Part shown: piece by piece, positions 1 through 8,603 of the stretch
How positions within the stretch are numbered: the first letter of the stretch is position 1
How the letters are laid out: every line of letters starts with the position of its first letter
Origin: a virus
Virus record (IMG/VR): IMGVR_UViG_3300027747_003046
Coordinates: 1 to 64,000 of that record
Direction: 5' to 3' (one strand)
DNA: 64,000 nt
Notes under the pieces: generated by a model
The model's database searches: none
Seen by the model: the letters and a program-made list of their open reading frames with translations, nothing else
Told to the model about the DNA's origin: nothing
Program-made: the position numbers and the translations under genes

Positions 1-23
1 GCCAGCCCGATCCGTGCTAAGAT
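1..23 (+). promoter_or_regulatory. sigma70-type early promoter (truncated; extended -10 TGcTAAGAT)
   Basis: cccGATCcgTGcTAAGAT matches the other early promoters; -35 lies outside the window. Confidence 0.6.
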
Positions 24-53
24 AAAGAACACCCGAGATCACAGGATAACTCT

Positions 54-761
54 ATGTCTTTCTATCAACGTCGTTTTTATAAGCCTGCTCCAACGGCTTC
101 GCAGTATTCGGGTATCAATAATCGCGTCAACGATCCGACGCTGAAAGAACGTCTTGAAAAACTTCTTACGAATACTGATCTTCAACAGTATCCTAAGACT
201 GTTGAGTTTATGCGGTCCCTTCTTGAACAGTTCAACGCAAAAGGATCGCTCTCTCACAACCAAGTCAAGTGTATCGAGGACAATGAAAAACGATACAGTG
301 AAAACAATTCCGCTGAAAAGCGTGCCGCTATCCAAGCATGGCAAGCATCGTATGATGCGGACAAGCGAACAAAGATGCGTCTTGTTGCCAAGTGGTACAA
401 AGATATGGCTGATGCAGGAAGCCAGCCCTATTATTATCGTGAAACCTGCGAAAAGGTATTGTCGGAAGAAAACTACATTCCTTCCCAAGTGACCTACGAA
501 AAGATTGTAAACAATAAGTTTGCTCAACGCTATCTTGAAGCTAATGTAACTCCCGCAAAGTTTAATAATGGTGATGTTGTTGTTTTGACTGCTACGGGCA
601 AGGTAAAGAACTATACTAAAAACAACGATAATTCTTTTATTGTTGTTGAAGTCACCGACAAGGTTCGTGCTGCTGCTGGTTCTCGTTCTTACGGTCTTTT
701 GCCTATTGGTGATGATAATATTGTCTTTATTGAAGAACGATACTTGAAGGCTTCACGATGA
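54..761 (+). CDS. early hypothetical protein with C-terminal SH3/KOW-like domain
   Basis: 235-aa ORF with AGGA RBS; C-terminal 'KFNNGDVVVL' resembles the neighbouring small paralogs. Confidence 0.8.
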   Translation: MSFYQRRFYKPAPTASQYSGINNRVNDPTLKERLEKLLTNTDLQQYPKTVEFMRSLLEQFNAKGSLSHNQVKCIEDNEKRYSENNSAEKRAAIQAWQASYDADKRTKMRLVAKWYKDMADAGSQPYYYRETCEKVLSEENYIPSQVTYEKIVNNKFAQRYLEANVTPAKFNNGDVVVLTATGKVKNYTKNNDNSFIVVEVTDKVRAAAGSRSYGLLPIGDDNIVFIEERYLKASR

Positions 762-1006
762 GCTCTTTGCAATATAGTAAAAGGAATCCCCCGCCAGTAA
801 AGGTGGGGGATCTTCTTTATTTGTGTTTCGATTCTCTTGAAGAAGAAATTGGTTTTGGTATTGTATGTCGTGTTTATGAAAAACACGAACGAAAAATGAT
901 GATCGTACACTGGTCAAACTCTAAAAATCGTGTCATTACACCGTTTATGGAACACGATATTGAACATATCTCTTGGGGAGAGGTTATGACTTATCATGGT
1001 CAATAA
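758..1006 (+). CDS. small SH3/KOW-like protein (K-V-G-D-L family)
   Basis: KVGDLLY..GFGIV; ATGA overlap with upstream gene. Confidence 0.7.
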   Translation: MSSLQYSKRNPPPVKVGDLLYLCFDSLEEEIGFGIVCRVYEKHERKMMIVHWSNSKNRVITPFMEHDIEHISWGEVMTYHGQ

Positions 1007-1211
1007 AATCTTTAAGATTGGCACACTCCTTTATGATGACGATGAAAAAGAATGGAATTTGATTGTTTCAGTAGAAAAAAAAGTAAATGGTTTTTTCTAT
1101 ACTATCTACGATTCTAGAACAGAAAAGGATCTTATAATGACAGGCTCTGGTTTAAATCGTATGGTAGAAAAAGAATACTGGAAAGTAGAATATGAGCCAG
1201 AAGAGGTTTAA
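996..1211 (+). CDS. small SH3/KOW-like paralog
   Basis: FKIGTLLYDDDEKEWNLIV; GAGG RBS. Confidence 0.75.
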   Translation: MVNKIFKIGTLLYDDDEKEWNLIVSVEKKVNGFFYTIYDSRTEKDLIMTGSGLNRMVEKEYWKVEYEPEEV

Positions 1212-1395
1212 GGTTGGTGATCTCGTGGAATACAATTTCCATAAACGAATTGGTGGTATTGGTATTATTATTGCCGTTCACGATGTGACAGATGCTATTT
1301 ATGACACAAAGCAGCGACTCTATTATGAGATTTTTTCTCAAACAGAAGAAAAGATGCCAATTATTGAAGGTTGTCACTTAAAAAAGATTAAGTAG
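1192..1395 (+). CDS. small SH3/KOW-like paralog
   Basis: FKVGDLVEY..GIGIII. Confidence 0.7.
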   Translation: MSQKRFKVGDLVEYNFHKRIGGIGIIIAVHDVTDAIYDTKQRLYYEIFSQTEEKMPIIEGCHLKKIK

Positions 1396-1397
1396 TT

Positions 1398-1601
1398 ATG
1401 CCAAAGTTTAAAATCTATTCAGCAGATACAGGAAGAACATTTTACTCGGAAGCATCTTTTGATCAACTGTTGAGGATTCTAGACATTCCAGAAATGGAAC
1501 ATTTAGCATTATATACCTCGGAGGTAGGAACAATCTGTGAGTTTTTGTTGAAACCGGCTCATACTGGTTTTAAGCTATTTGTAGAGAAGGTTTGCGATTA
1601 A
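1398..1601 (+). CDS. hypothetical protein
   Basis: 67-aa ORF tightly packed in the operon, followed by a terminator-like hairpin at 1613-1634. Confidence 0.65.
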   Translation: MPKFKIYSADTGRTFYSEASFDQLLRILDIPEMEHLALYTSEVGTICEFLLKPAHTGFKLFVEKVCD

Positions 1602-1638
1602 GTTTTACCATACAGGGAAAGAATCCTGTTCTTTGCTC

Positions 1639-1667
1639 TTGACGCGGGATCCGATCGGTGCTAGAAT
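1639..1667 (+). promoter_or_regulatory. sigma70 early promoter TTGACG-N17-TAGAAT
   Basis: 17-bp spacer, TGn extended -10, GATC in spacer. Confidence 0.8.
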
Positions 1668-1699
1668 CGGACTGTCCCCAAACGCACACGGAGATCACT

Positions 1700-2293
1700 A
1701 TGGTTTATCGTCGCACCGTTCGTTGTCGTTATTGCTATAAGACTGGCCACAATCAACGCGGTTGTCCAGAAATGAAAAGCGAAGCCGCAAAGAATCCTAC
1801 TGGATGGGCAGCACGAAAGGTTGCTTCGTATAATACTAATGCGGCAGAAGGTGGTTCTGCTCGTTCGTGTTCTTATTGTCGTGATTCTGGTCACAATCGT
1901 AAGACTTGTAATAAGCTTATTGTTGACTTTTCTGCTGACATGAAGAAGTGCGCAGAGTTTCGCAAGAGCCTTTTACAGAATATGATGAAGACTGGTTTTG
2001 GTGTTGGTGCTCTTGTTGAGTCTCGTTATTACAGGGAAAATTCTCTACAATTTGTTTCCAAGATTGATTGGATGAATATTACCCATCTTGGAAGCCATTC
2101 TGTTTACTTGGAAGATGATTATTCTTCCTATGATATCAAGATGGAAAAGTTTAATATCATCACCAATACTTACGAAGATTACTATTACAAGATTGCTTCT
2201 GGTATCTCGCCTGAACTTGTCCAAAGTCAGGTTCCGGATGAATGGTTTTCTGGTCGCTCTCCATATCTTAATGAAAAGTATGGTATCAAGTAA
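1700..2293 (+). CDS. double zinc-knuckle (CCHC) protein
   Basis: CRYCYKTGHNQRGC and CSYCRDSGHNRKTC; start moved to ATG 1700 behind GGAG. Confidence 0.8.
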   Translation: MVYRRTVRCRYCYKTGHNQRGCPEMKSEAAKNPTGWAARKVASYNTNAAEGGSARSCSYCRDSGHNRKTCNKLIVDFSADMKKCAEFRKSLLQNMMKTGFGVGALVESRYYRENSLQFVSKIDWMNITHLGSHSVYLEDDYSSYDIKMEKFNIITNTYEDYYYKIASGISPELVQSQVPDEWFSGRSPYLNEKYGIK

Positions 2294-2308
2294 ATAAAAT
2301 ATCACCTG

Positions 2309-2328
2309 CCCACCTTATGGTGGGTTTT
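2309..2328 (+). terminator. intrinsic terminator
   Basis: cccacc-ttat-ggtggg followed by TTTT. Confidence 0.6.
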
Positions 2329-2346
2329 GGTATTAGAGAATTAAAT

Positions 2347-2529
2347 ATGAACTTGAAGATTGGCGATATTGTTATTCATAATAAAGATATTGGTATTATT
2401 CTATCTTTTAGTAAAAATACTGTTCATATTTATTGGAATGATGGTGTGACTCGTAGTCTCTATACAGATGTTCTGCGAAATATCCTTTCTAACAAGAAGT
2501 GGGAACACCATGACATTTCAAGCAGGTAA
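2347..2529 (+). CDS. small SH3/KOW-like paralog
   Basis: LKIGDIVIHNKDIGIIL...HIYW. Confidence 0.7.
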   Translation: MNLKIGDIVIHNKDIGIILSFSKNTVHIYWNDGVTRSLYTDVLRNILSNKKWEHHDISSR

Positions 2530-2692
2530 TTTTATTGTCCAGAATAATGGTAGTAGATTTGCTCTTATTGTGGATGTAAAAGAAGATTCACTAACACTAC
2601 TTTGGATGGATATTCAAAACGAACTTTTGTTTCCCAAATATCGCGCTACAAGTTTGATTAACACCAACAAGTGGAAGTATGTCACGACTTAA
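2510..2692 (+). CDS. small SH3/KOW-like paralog
   Basis: FQAGNFIV..ALIVDV..LLW. Confidence 0.65.
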   Translation: MTFQAGNFIVQNNGSRFALIVDVKEDSLTLLWMDIQNELLFPKYRATSLINTNKWKYVTT

Positions 2693-2852
2693 AATTGGCA
2701 CACTTATTTTCGATGACGAAGATCAAGAATGGGGTATTATTATTGATATTGTAGATGAAAAGCATTATAATACTTCATGGGCTAAATCGACTGATCAAGT
2801 ATTGAATGATTTTGATTTCGAGTTAGACAGGTTTCATCTTTATGAAGTATAA
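2679..2852 (+). CDS. small SH3/KOW-like paralog (57 aa, absent from ORF track)
   Basis: hand translation MSRLKIGTLIFDDEDQEWGIII...; clearly similar to 996-1211. Confidence 0.75.
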   Translation: MSRLKIGTLIFDDEDQEWGIIIDIVDEKHYNTSWAKSTDQVLNDFDFELDRFHLYEV

Positions 2853-3054
2853 AGTCGGTGATTTACTTTATCTTAAATTCAATACAACAATCTGGGATTT
2901 GAGTAAAAATTCACAAGATTGTCAAGAGGGACAAATCTTTATTGTTTCCTCTCAACATAAAGATATTAACGTATTTGTTATTTATAATCAACAAGATTGT
3001 TCATTCTCCGAATGGCATCCAGATCAAGTTGAAAAGCTATTTATGAAACTTTAA
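2842..3054 (+). CDS. small SH3/KOW-like paralog
   Basis: YKVGDLLY. Confidence 0.7.
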   Translation: MKYKVGDLLYLKFNTTIWDLSKNSQDCQEGQIFIVSSQHKDINVFVIYNQQDCSFSEWHPDQVEKLFMKL

Positions 3055-3258
3055 ATGAAAAAGGAATCTAAATACAAAGCTGGTTCTCTGTTATTCGATG
3101 AAATAGCCAATGAATTTGGTATAATCCTTAAAATTAAATGGAATTATTACAGCAAGACAAATAATATTTATTGCCATTTCCCTAATGGAGAGTGTATCAT
3201 ACCAGAATATCAGCTAGATGATTGGATTGAAGAAGAAAGGTTTGAGGTTTGTGACTAG
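3055..3258 (+). CDS. small SH3/KOW-like paralog
   Basis: YKAGSLLFDEIANEFGIIL. Confidence 0.7.
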   Translation: MKKESKYKAGSLLFDEIANEFGIILKIKWNYYSKTNNIYCHFPNGECIIPEYQLDDWIEEERFEVCD

Positions 3259-3451
3259 AAAGAATAAGAAAACAAAGAACCCAAAGGTAGGTTCACTTGT
3301 ATATGATAAGGATCATAAAGATTGGGGAATTATTGTTAAAGTAGAAAAAGACAGTGATGTAATACAGTATACAATTCAGTTTGTTGGTGATCGTGAAGCT
3401 ATTGTCTTATCGGACATTCACGATAGCAAATATCAAGAGTGTTACGAATAA
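3251..3451 (+). CDS. small SH3/KOW-like paralog
   Basis: KVGSLVYDKDHKDWGIIV; GTG start behind GAGG. Confidence 0.7.
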   Translation: MTRKNKKTKNPKVGSLVYDKDHKDWGIIVKVEKDSDVIQYTIQFVGDREAIVLSDIHDSKYQECYE

Positions 3452-3466
3452 GTTATAGTGTATGAT

Positions 3467-3581
3467 GATCTGCGTAGTGATCTGTCTAGATCACACTACA
3501 ACAAAAGAATCCTGCGTAGTTTCGTGGGGTTAGCGCTGCAGATCGAAAGGCCTTGACGGTTCGTCGGGTCCGTGTTAAGAT
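3467..3581 (+). promoter_or_regulatory. composite early promoter 1 (phased GATC + IHF-like site + TTGACG-N17-TAAGAT)
   Basis: GATC at 3467/3479/3489, core TTTCGTGGGGTTA 3520-3532, -35 at 3553. Confidence 0.8.
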
Positions 3582-3644
3582 TGTTAGGCGCCGCGAGCAA
3601 TCCCGCTCGCGGGCCTCGGTGTCCGTTTTGTCCGGAGTGTTCCT

Positions 3645-4724
3645 ATGTCGTTCGGTATGTCTATTGACTTCGCTACTTTCAACCGTATTGTTTCGGCCGT
3701 TGTTGCTGAATCGAAACCTATTCTTATCCGTGGTCGTCACGGTATTGGTAAGTCCGAGCTTGTGTATCAGATCGCTCGTGATCTCGGGCTTCCCGTTGTT
3801 GAACGTCGTGCCTCGCAGATGACGGAAGGTGATCTTGTTGGTCTGCCTTCGATCAATGGCAATCGCACGTCTTTCAATCCTCCGGATTGGTTTAAGGAAG
3901 CTTGCGAACGTCCCGTTGCTCTGTTTCTCGACGAGGTTGATCGTGCGACCGTCGAGGTTCGTCAGGGTATCTTTGAACTTACCGATTCGCGTAAGTTGAA
4001 TGGTCACGTGCTTCATCCGGGCACTCGTATCTTTGCCGCTGTTAATGGTGGCAAGCATGGCCAGCAGTATCAGGTTGGTGAGATGGATCCTGCCGAGTTG
4101 GATCGTTGGTCTGTCTTTGACGTTGAACCCACGGTTGAAGATTGGCTTTCGTGGGCAAAGGACAATGTCCATGGTATGATCTGGGACTTTATCAATAATC
4201 ACCGCAATCATCTGGAACATACTGGCGAGTTTGAACCGAATAAGAAGTATCCTTCGCGTCGTTCGTGGAAGCGTTGTAATGATGTTCTCGTTCGTGCGGA
4301 TGCTCTGCGCGAAGATTTCAATAAGGATTCGATTCCGCTTGCTGCTGCTTTTGTCGGTTATGAAGCCGCAATCGAACTGGGTTCTTTCGTCCAGAACTAC
4401 AAGCGCGTCGTGACCCCCGATCAGATTATTGTTGAGGGCAAGGTTAACCTGACGGAGAAGTTTACTCTTAATGAGCATGTCCAGTTGATTGAAAAGATGG
4501 AAGCCAATAAGTGTTTCCATAATCTTCTGTCTCCGGAGCATATGAACAACGTTGCTACTTACTTCCTTACGCTTCCCAGCGAAGCCGCGATGAAGTTGTG
4601 GAAGATCATCGGTAAGCCACCCGCTCCCAAGGATAACACGATTGTCCTTCACAAGACGGTTATCAATGGTGTGAAGGTTGGTGATCACGTTACGAAGCTG
4701 CTGTCCGGTGAAAAGAAGAAGTGA
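3645..4724 (+). CDS. MoxR/dynein-related AAA+ ATPase
   Basis: Walker A GRHGIGKS, Walker B LFLDEVDR, DPAELDRW, PSRRSW. Confidence 0.92.
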   Translation: MSFGMSIDFATFNRIVSAVVAESKPILIRGRHGIGKSELVYQIARDLGLPVVERRASQMTEGDLVGLPSINGNRTSFNPPDWFKEACERPVALFLDEVDRATVEVRQGIFELTDSRKLNGHVLHPGTRIFAAVNGGKHGQQYQVGEMDPAELDRWSVFDVEPTVEDWLSWAKDNVHGMIWDFINNHRNHLEHTGEFEPNKKYPSRRSWKRCNDVLVRADALREDFNKDSIPLAAAFVGYEAAIELGSFVQNYKRVVTPDQIIVEGKVNLTEKFTLNEHVQLIEKMEANKCFHNLLSPEHMNNVATYFLTLPSEAAMKLWKIIGKPPAPKDNTIVLHKTVINGVKVGDHVTKLLSGEKKK

Positions 4725-4751
4725 GCAGCTTCCACAAATGAATAATGTATA

Positions 4752-4781
4752 GCCCCCGCAAGGGGGCTTCTCCCTTTCTTC
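4752..4781 (+). terminator. intrinsic terminator
   Basis: gccccc-gcaa-gggggc GNRA hairpin plus pyrimidine tail. Confidence 0.7.
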
Positions 4782-4785
4782 TAAC

Positions 4786-4814
4786 TTGACAACAACGAGA
4801 TCAGATGGTATAGT
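4786..4814 (+). promoter_or_regulatory. sigma70 promoter TTGACA-N17-TATAGT
   Basis: near-consensus, TGn extended -10. Confidence 0.8.
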
Positions 4815-4822
4815 TGTGAAAT

Positions 4823-5353
4823 ATGTCTAAAAAGAAACTACTTAACATTATGGCCCGTAAAACTTCCAATAAGCCAAAGGCTAAAAATGTTTGGCAATCA
4901 AACATTAATAAGATTGAGGAATGGCTTACTGGAAAAGGTTATCGTTTAATCAAGGGCAAAGAAAAGCACGTCGTGGATAGTGTAGACTTTGAGACTAAAA
5001 TTGTTTTCCTTGGCACCAGATCCACAGAGGAAAATCAGTTTTACAGTATCCTGCACGAGTGCGGACATATTGTTAACAGAACAAAAGATAGTTTCGCTAA
5101 AAAGTATAAAGTCCTAAAAGAATCCGAAACAGATCCAAAGAAGCAAAAGTCTATTCGATATCTTGTTGAAGAAATCGAAGAAGAAACAGAAGCTTGGAGA
5201 AACGGAGAAGTATTAGCAAATAAATTAAATATTCAGCTTGATACTGAAAAATATTACACATACGCTTCTAAATTTCTAATGGGATATATTGTAATGGCTG
5301 GTGAGGGCAAACAGTATGTTCTTGGAAGGCCAAGGGGCGAAAAGAATAAATAA
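4823..5353 (+). CDS. HExxH zinc metallopeptidase-like protein (ImmA/IrrE-like)
   Basis: ILHECGH followed by EEETEAW. Confidence 0.7.
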   Translation: MSKKKLLNIMARKTSNKPKAKNVWQSNINKIEEWLTGKGYRLIKGKEKHVVDSVDFETKIVFLGTRSTEENQFYSILHECGHIVNRTKDSFAKKYKVLKESETDPKKQKSIRYLVEEIEEETEAWRNGEVLANKLNIQLDTEKYYTYASKFLMGYIVMAGEGKQYVLGRPRGEKNK

Positions 5354-5373
5354 GCTAGTAATTCGTTTCTCTC

Positions 5374-5402
5374 TTGACGCCTCGCCCGATCCGTGTTAGG
5401 AT
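5374..5402 (+). promoter_or_regulatory. sigma70 early promoter TTGACG-N17-TAGGAT
   Basis: 17-bp spacer, GATC in spacer, inverted repeat around -10. Confidence 0.8.
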
Positions 5403-5455
5403 CGGGGTGTCCCGTTGTGTCCGCTGTCAGATCACCCTATAAAAAGGTCACGTCT

Positions 5456-6757
5456 ATGTCGTTCGATCTCAATATGGCTATGTTTCGTCTCTTGAAGAAG
5501 GAACCTTTCTTTGCAGCTATCTCGCGTTGCATTAGCAAGGTTGCAAGCAACGCCGTTCCCACGGCTGGTGTTCGTGTTAATCCTGACACGGGCTACTTTG
5601 AGATGATGTATAATCCAGACTTCTTTGACACTCTTGGAAATGGTGACGCTAATCGCCAAGAAGTCGAGATTCTTGGTGTATTGAAGCACGAGTTTTATCA
5701 TCTTCTTTTCGAGCATGTCACCGGACGTTTGCCCGAAGAAGGTATGAATCGAAACTGGAATATCGCCACCGATCTGGCTATCAATAGCCATATCGCTGAT
5801 GAACTTCCTGCTTTTGCGCTTGTTCCCGGCAAGTCGTATACTGACCCAAAGACGGGTCAGGTTCATGATATGTTCAAGGATATGGAATCCGGCTTGTCTG
5901 CCGAAGAATACTATATCCTCGTGAAGCAGAAGCAAGAGGAAAACAAGCAAAAGAATAAGGATAAGGGAGAAGGTCAAGGAGAAGGTGAAGGTGAAGGCGG
6001 TGGTGGTTCACCGTCTAATGGCGATGGTATGCCTGATTCCATGGATGATCATAGTGGATGGGCAACGGAAGGAACCGAAAACGTTGATAGTGTTACTCGG
6101 CAGATTGCGGCAGAACGTTTGAAAGAAGCGATGCAGGATGCCGTTGAAGAAGTTGTAAAGGAGGGTCGTGGTTGGGGTTCTGTTTCTCACCAGATGCAGA
6201 AGCAGATCATGGATTCTTTGAAGTCGCAGGTTGATTGGAAGTCTGTTCTGCGTTATTTCGTAAAGACTTCGCAAGCGGCGAACCGTTCTAACTCCATGAA
6301 GAAGATCAATCGCCGTTATCCGTATATCCATCCCGGTCGCAAGACTTCCCGCACGGCTCGTATTGCAATCTCGATTGATCAATCTGGCTCTGTTCACGAT
6401 GGTATGCTTGCTGCGTTCTTTGCTGAACTGAATAAGCTGGCAGAGATTGCTAGCTTTACTGTTGTTCCGTTCGATGATGCGGTGTTTGAAGATAAGGTCT
6501 ATGAATGGAAGAAGGGAACGAAGCACAAGCGTGAACGTGTTTTGTGTGGTGGCACTAACTTTGACGCCCCTACCAACTACGTGAACGACAATAACTTCGA
6601 TGGCCATATTATTTTGACTGATTTGTATGCTCCCAAGCCAAAGAACAGCAAGTGCCAACGTATGTGGATGACGACTGAATCTTGTGCTCGTTCACCATAC
6701 TTCCAAACGAATGAACGAATCATCGCGATTCCCGATAAGGATTGTGCCGATGAATGA
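5456..6757 (+). CDS. VWA-domain / putative metallopeptidase (DUF2201-like), partner of the MoxR ATPase
   Basis: HEFYH, NIATDLAIN, GE-rich linker, MIDAS DQSGS, GGTNF, ILTD; start moved to ATG 5456. Confidence 0.9.
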   Translation: MSFDLNMAMFRLLKKEPFFAAISRCISKVASNAVPTAGVRVNPDTGYFEMMYNPDFFDTLGNGDANRQEVEILGVLKHEFYHLLFEHVTGRLPEEGMNRNWNIATDLAINSHIADELPAFALVPGKSYTDPKTGQVHDMFKDMESGLSAEEYYILVKQKQEENKQKNKDKGEGQGEGEGEGGGGSPSNGDGMPDSMDDHSGWATEGTENVDSVTRQIAAERLKEAMQDAVEEVVKEGRGWGSVSHQMQKQIMDSLKSQVDWKSVLRYFVKTSQAANRSNSMKKINRRYPYIHPGRKTSRTARIAISIDQSGSVHDGMLAAFFAELNKLAEIASFTVVPFDDAVFEDKVYEWKKGTKHKRERVLCGGTNFDAPTNYVNDNNFDGHIILTDLYAPKPKNSKCQRMWMTTESCARSPYFQTNERIIAIPDKDCADE

Positions 6758-6769
6758 ATGAATAAATAA

Positions 6770-6803
6770 TAAGGTAGGGTGGTCGATTGACTACCCTGCC
6801 TTA
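6770..6803 (+). terminator. hairpin/terminator
   Basis: aaggtagggtggtc-gatt-gactaccctgcctt. Confidence 0.6.
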
Positions 6804-6812
6804 TACTTATTT

Positions 6813-7106
6813 ATGATGCCAAAAACTCATTCAAGACATATGAAAACCTCATTCCAAAGAGGCGATCTTGTTGAGTATATTGGTATTGATAAGTTGAATC
6901 GTGGTGTTGGAGTTGTTCTAGAAGAAGTGCCTTATGATGGATTCTATGACGAAGACTCGGAAGACAATATTCTTTCTTGTGTAAGAATTTATTGGCAGGG
7001 TCTTGGTAGAGAAGAAACTTTACACAAAGCAAGAGTTCGTCGTATTGCGGAAGTTACAAAATTAAGAACAAAGAAAATCAACAAAGATGGCGCGGGAACA
7101 GAATAG
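6813..7106 (+). CDS. SH3/KOW-like paralog
   Basis: FQRGDLVEY..GVGVVLE..RIYW. Confidence 0.7.
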   Translation: MMPKTHSRHMKTSFQRGDLVEYIGIDKLNRGVGVVLEEVPYDGFYDEDSEDNILSCVRIYWQGLGREETLHKARVRRIAEVTKLRTKKINKDGAGTE

Positions 7107-7353
7107 AAAGAATACTAAAAAGCCGCTTCGTCGTGGTAATGTTTTTTCTAAAAAAACTCAACCATTCTTTATTGGCGATCTTGTTGATCTAAACCATACA
7201 CACCACCACCATTCTTTGCGAGATAAGATGGGCGTTGTTCTCGACGTAGAAAACAAAGAAGGTGAATGGTTTTTAAAGATTCAGTTTCAAGACGGAACAG
7301 AAGTAATCACCTATTTTGCGTATGTTCGACTTTTGGTCGGCATCGACGATTAA
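7087..7353 (+). CDS. SH3/KOW-like paralog
   Basis: FFIGDLVD..KMGVVLDV..KIQF. Confidence 0.7.
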   Translation: MAREQNRKNTKKPLRRGNVFSKKTQPFFIGDLVDLNHTHHHHSLRDKMGVVLDVENKEGEWFLKIQFQDGTEVITYFAYVRLLVGIDD

Positions 7354-7398
7354 AGGGGTTAGAGATTTCGCGCCAAAATTTTTCCATTTCAGCTTTAT

Positions 7399-7671
7399 AT
7401 GACAACAAAAACATTCCTTATTTGTTATGAATTAGACCAGTTACCAACCGGTTTAAAAAAGTGGCACTATGTTCGCGAGAAACAGCGAATCATTTTACAT
7501 GTTTCAGCCAGAATTTATAAACAGATGAAGGCTATAAAAGAAGAAAGAAAAGGTGATTTAAAATATCGTGACCGTCTTGTTACAGATATTTTAAATGATG
7601 GTGCCCCAAGATGGTGGCCGGCAGAACTTGTATGGGAAATCGTTAATCGTGGTACAACTATGAACGATTAG
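7399..7671 (+). CDS. hypothetical protein (possible 'DLLxG' family member)
   Basis: 90-aa ORF, QRIILH..TDILND. Confidence 0.65.
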   Translation: MTTKTFLICYELDQLPTGLKKWHYVREKQRIILHVSARIYKQMKAIKEERKGDLKYRDRLVTDILNDGAPRWWPAELVWEIVNRGTTMND

Positions 7672-7683
7672 GTAGGAACAGGT

Positions 7684-7947
7684 ATGGATAAAACTTATAT
7701 TACAGGTCAGTATAAAGTGTTTATGACAGATGTTGTAGACAAATATGGTATGGCACGTCGTAGGGTATTGAAAATCCCAACTAATCTTTATGCTTACTTT
7801 GATAGTGTAAAGGCTTTTCCAGAAGGTAACGATGGCACCTTGACGGTTCATAAGATCGAGGATCTAGCTATCGAGGAATACATCGATCTAACATCGGCAG
7901 AACTCCTAAAACTAATCACGATCGGAACACCCGTTCAATATGAATGA
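7684..7947 (+). CDS. hypothetical protein
   Basis: 87-aa ORF, AGGA RBS. Confidence 0.65.
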   Translation: MDKTYITGQYKVFMTDVVDKYGMARRRVLKIPTNLYAYFDSVKAFPEGNDGTLTVHKIEDLAIEEYIDLTSAELLKLITIGTPVQYE

Positions 7948-8152
7948 TGAACCAAAAAACTATAAGATCATTTTGTATGATCACCTTGATACAAGATACC
8001 TTATTCGTATAAGTGATGTAGAGATCAATAGAACCGTTATGGGATCTTTTGATCGTATCCTTGTTTATGATATGTTGGACGGTAAAGAAAAGGCTTTGGC
8101 TCACGTTCTTGCCTATACAATCATCAGCAGAGGCGAAGTATTGGATGGCTAA
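7940..8152 (+). CDS. small 'DLLxG' family paralog
   Basis: IILYD..RYLIRI..YDMLDG. Confidence 0.7.
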   Translation: MNDEPKNYKIILYDHLDTRYLIRISDVEINRTVMGSFDRILVYDMLDGKEKALAHVLAYTIISRGEVLDG

Positions 8153-8354
8153 AAAGCAATCGTTCCATGTTTATTTGTGGGATAATGAAGAAGGTGCTCG
8201 CTTTATTGTCCAGATGAGCGAAGAAGTAAGAAAGTCCATCCTTGATGGTATGGTAGGACGTTACTTGTGTGCTAATCTGTTGGATGGTGTTGAGCATTAC
8301 TACGATCATCGCTTTATCCACAAAATAATCAAGCGAGGGTTTAAGATTATATGA
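8145..8354 (+). CDS. small 'DLLxG' family paralog
   Basis: VYLWD..RFIVQM..ANLLDG; start moved to ATG 8145. Confidence 0.7.
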   Translation: MAKKQSFHVYLWDNEEGARFIVQMSEEVRKSILDGMVGRYLCANLLDGVEHYYDHRFIHKIIKRGFKII

Positions 8355-8578
8355 TTCTTTTGGTTGACGGCACCGATGAACGCATTATGATCCTTATCAC
8401 GGATGAAGATAGGGAAAGAGTAGGTCGCGCAAAGGCAGGCGATAAGCCTTGGATTTATCTACCAAACATGATTCAAGGCAAGTCTCGTTTGTGTGCTTTG
8501 GATATGGTTTATCCAGGAATTTTTGAAGGTAAGAAAGAATACAGTTGGAATGAACTTACTGTAAACGTATTGGACTAA
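8351..8578 (+). CDS. small 'DLLxG' family paralog
   Basis: MILLVD..RIMILI..NMIQG. Confidence 0.65.
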   Translation: MILLVDGTDERIMILITDEDRERVGRAKAGDKPWIYLPNMIQGKSRLCALDMVYPGIFEGKKEYSWNELTVNVLD

Positions 8579-8603
8579 CACGATCTGCGGTAGAATAAAC
8601 TTT

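Noticed and set aside
786-818. Terminator-like hairpin inside ORF 758-1006
   Set aside because: It lies in a credible coding paralog; it may attenuate read-through but cannot be supported as a separate feature
3486-4688. 400-aa minus-strand ORF (also 5432-5977, 6008-6658, 10055-10642, 12803-13312, 13779-14501, 29600-30358)
   Set aside because: Antisense shadows of well-supported plus-strand genes with biased codons; no motifs, RBS or promoter
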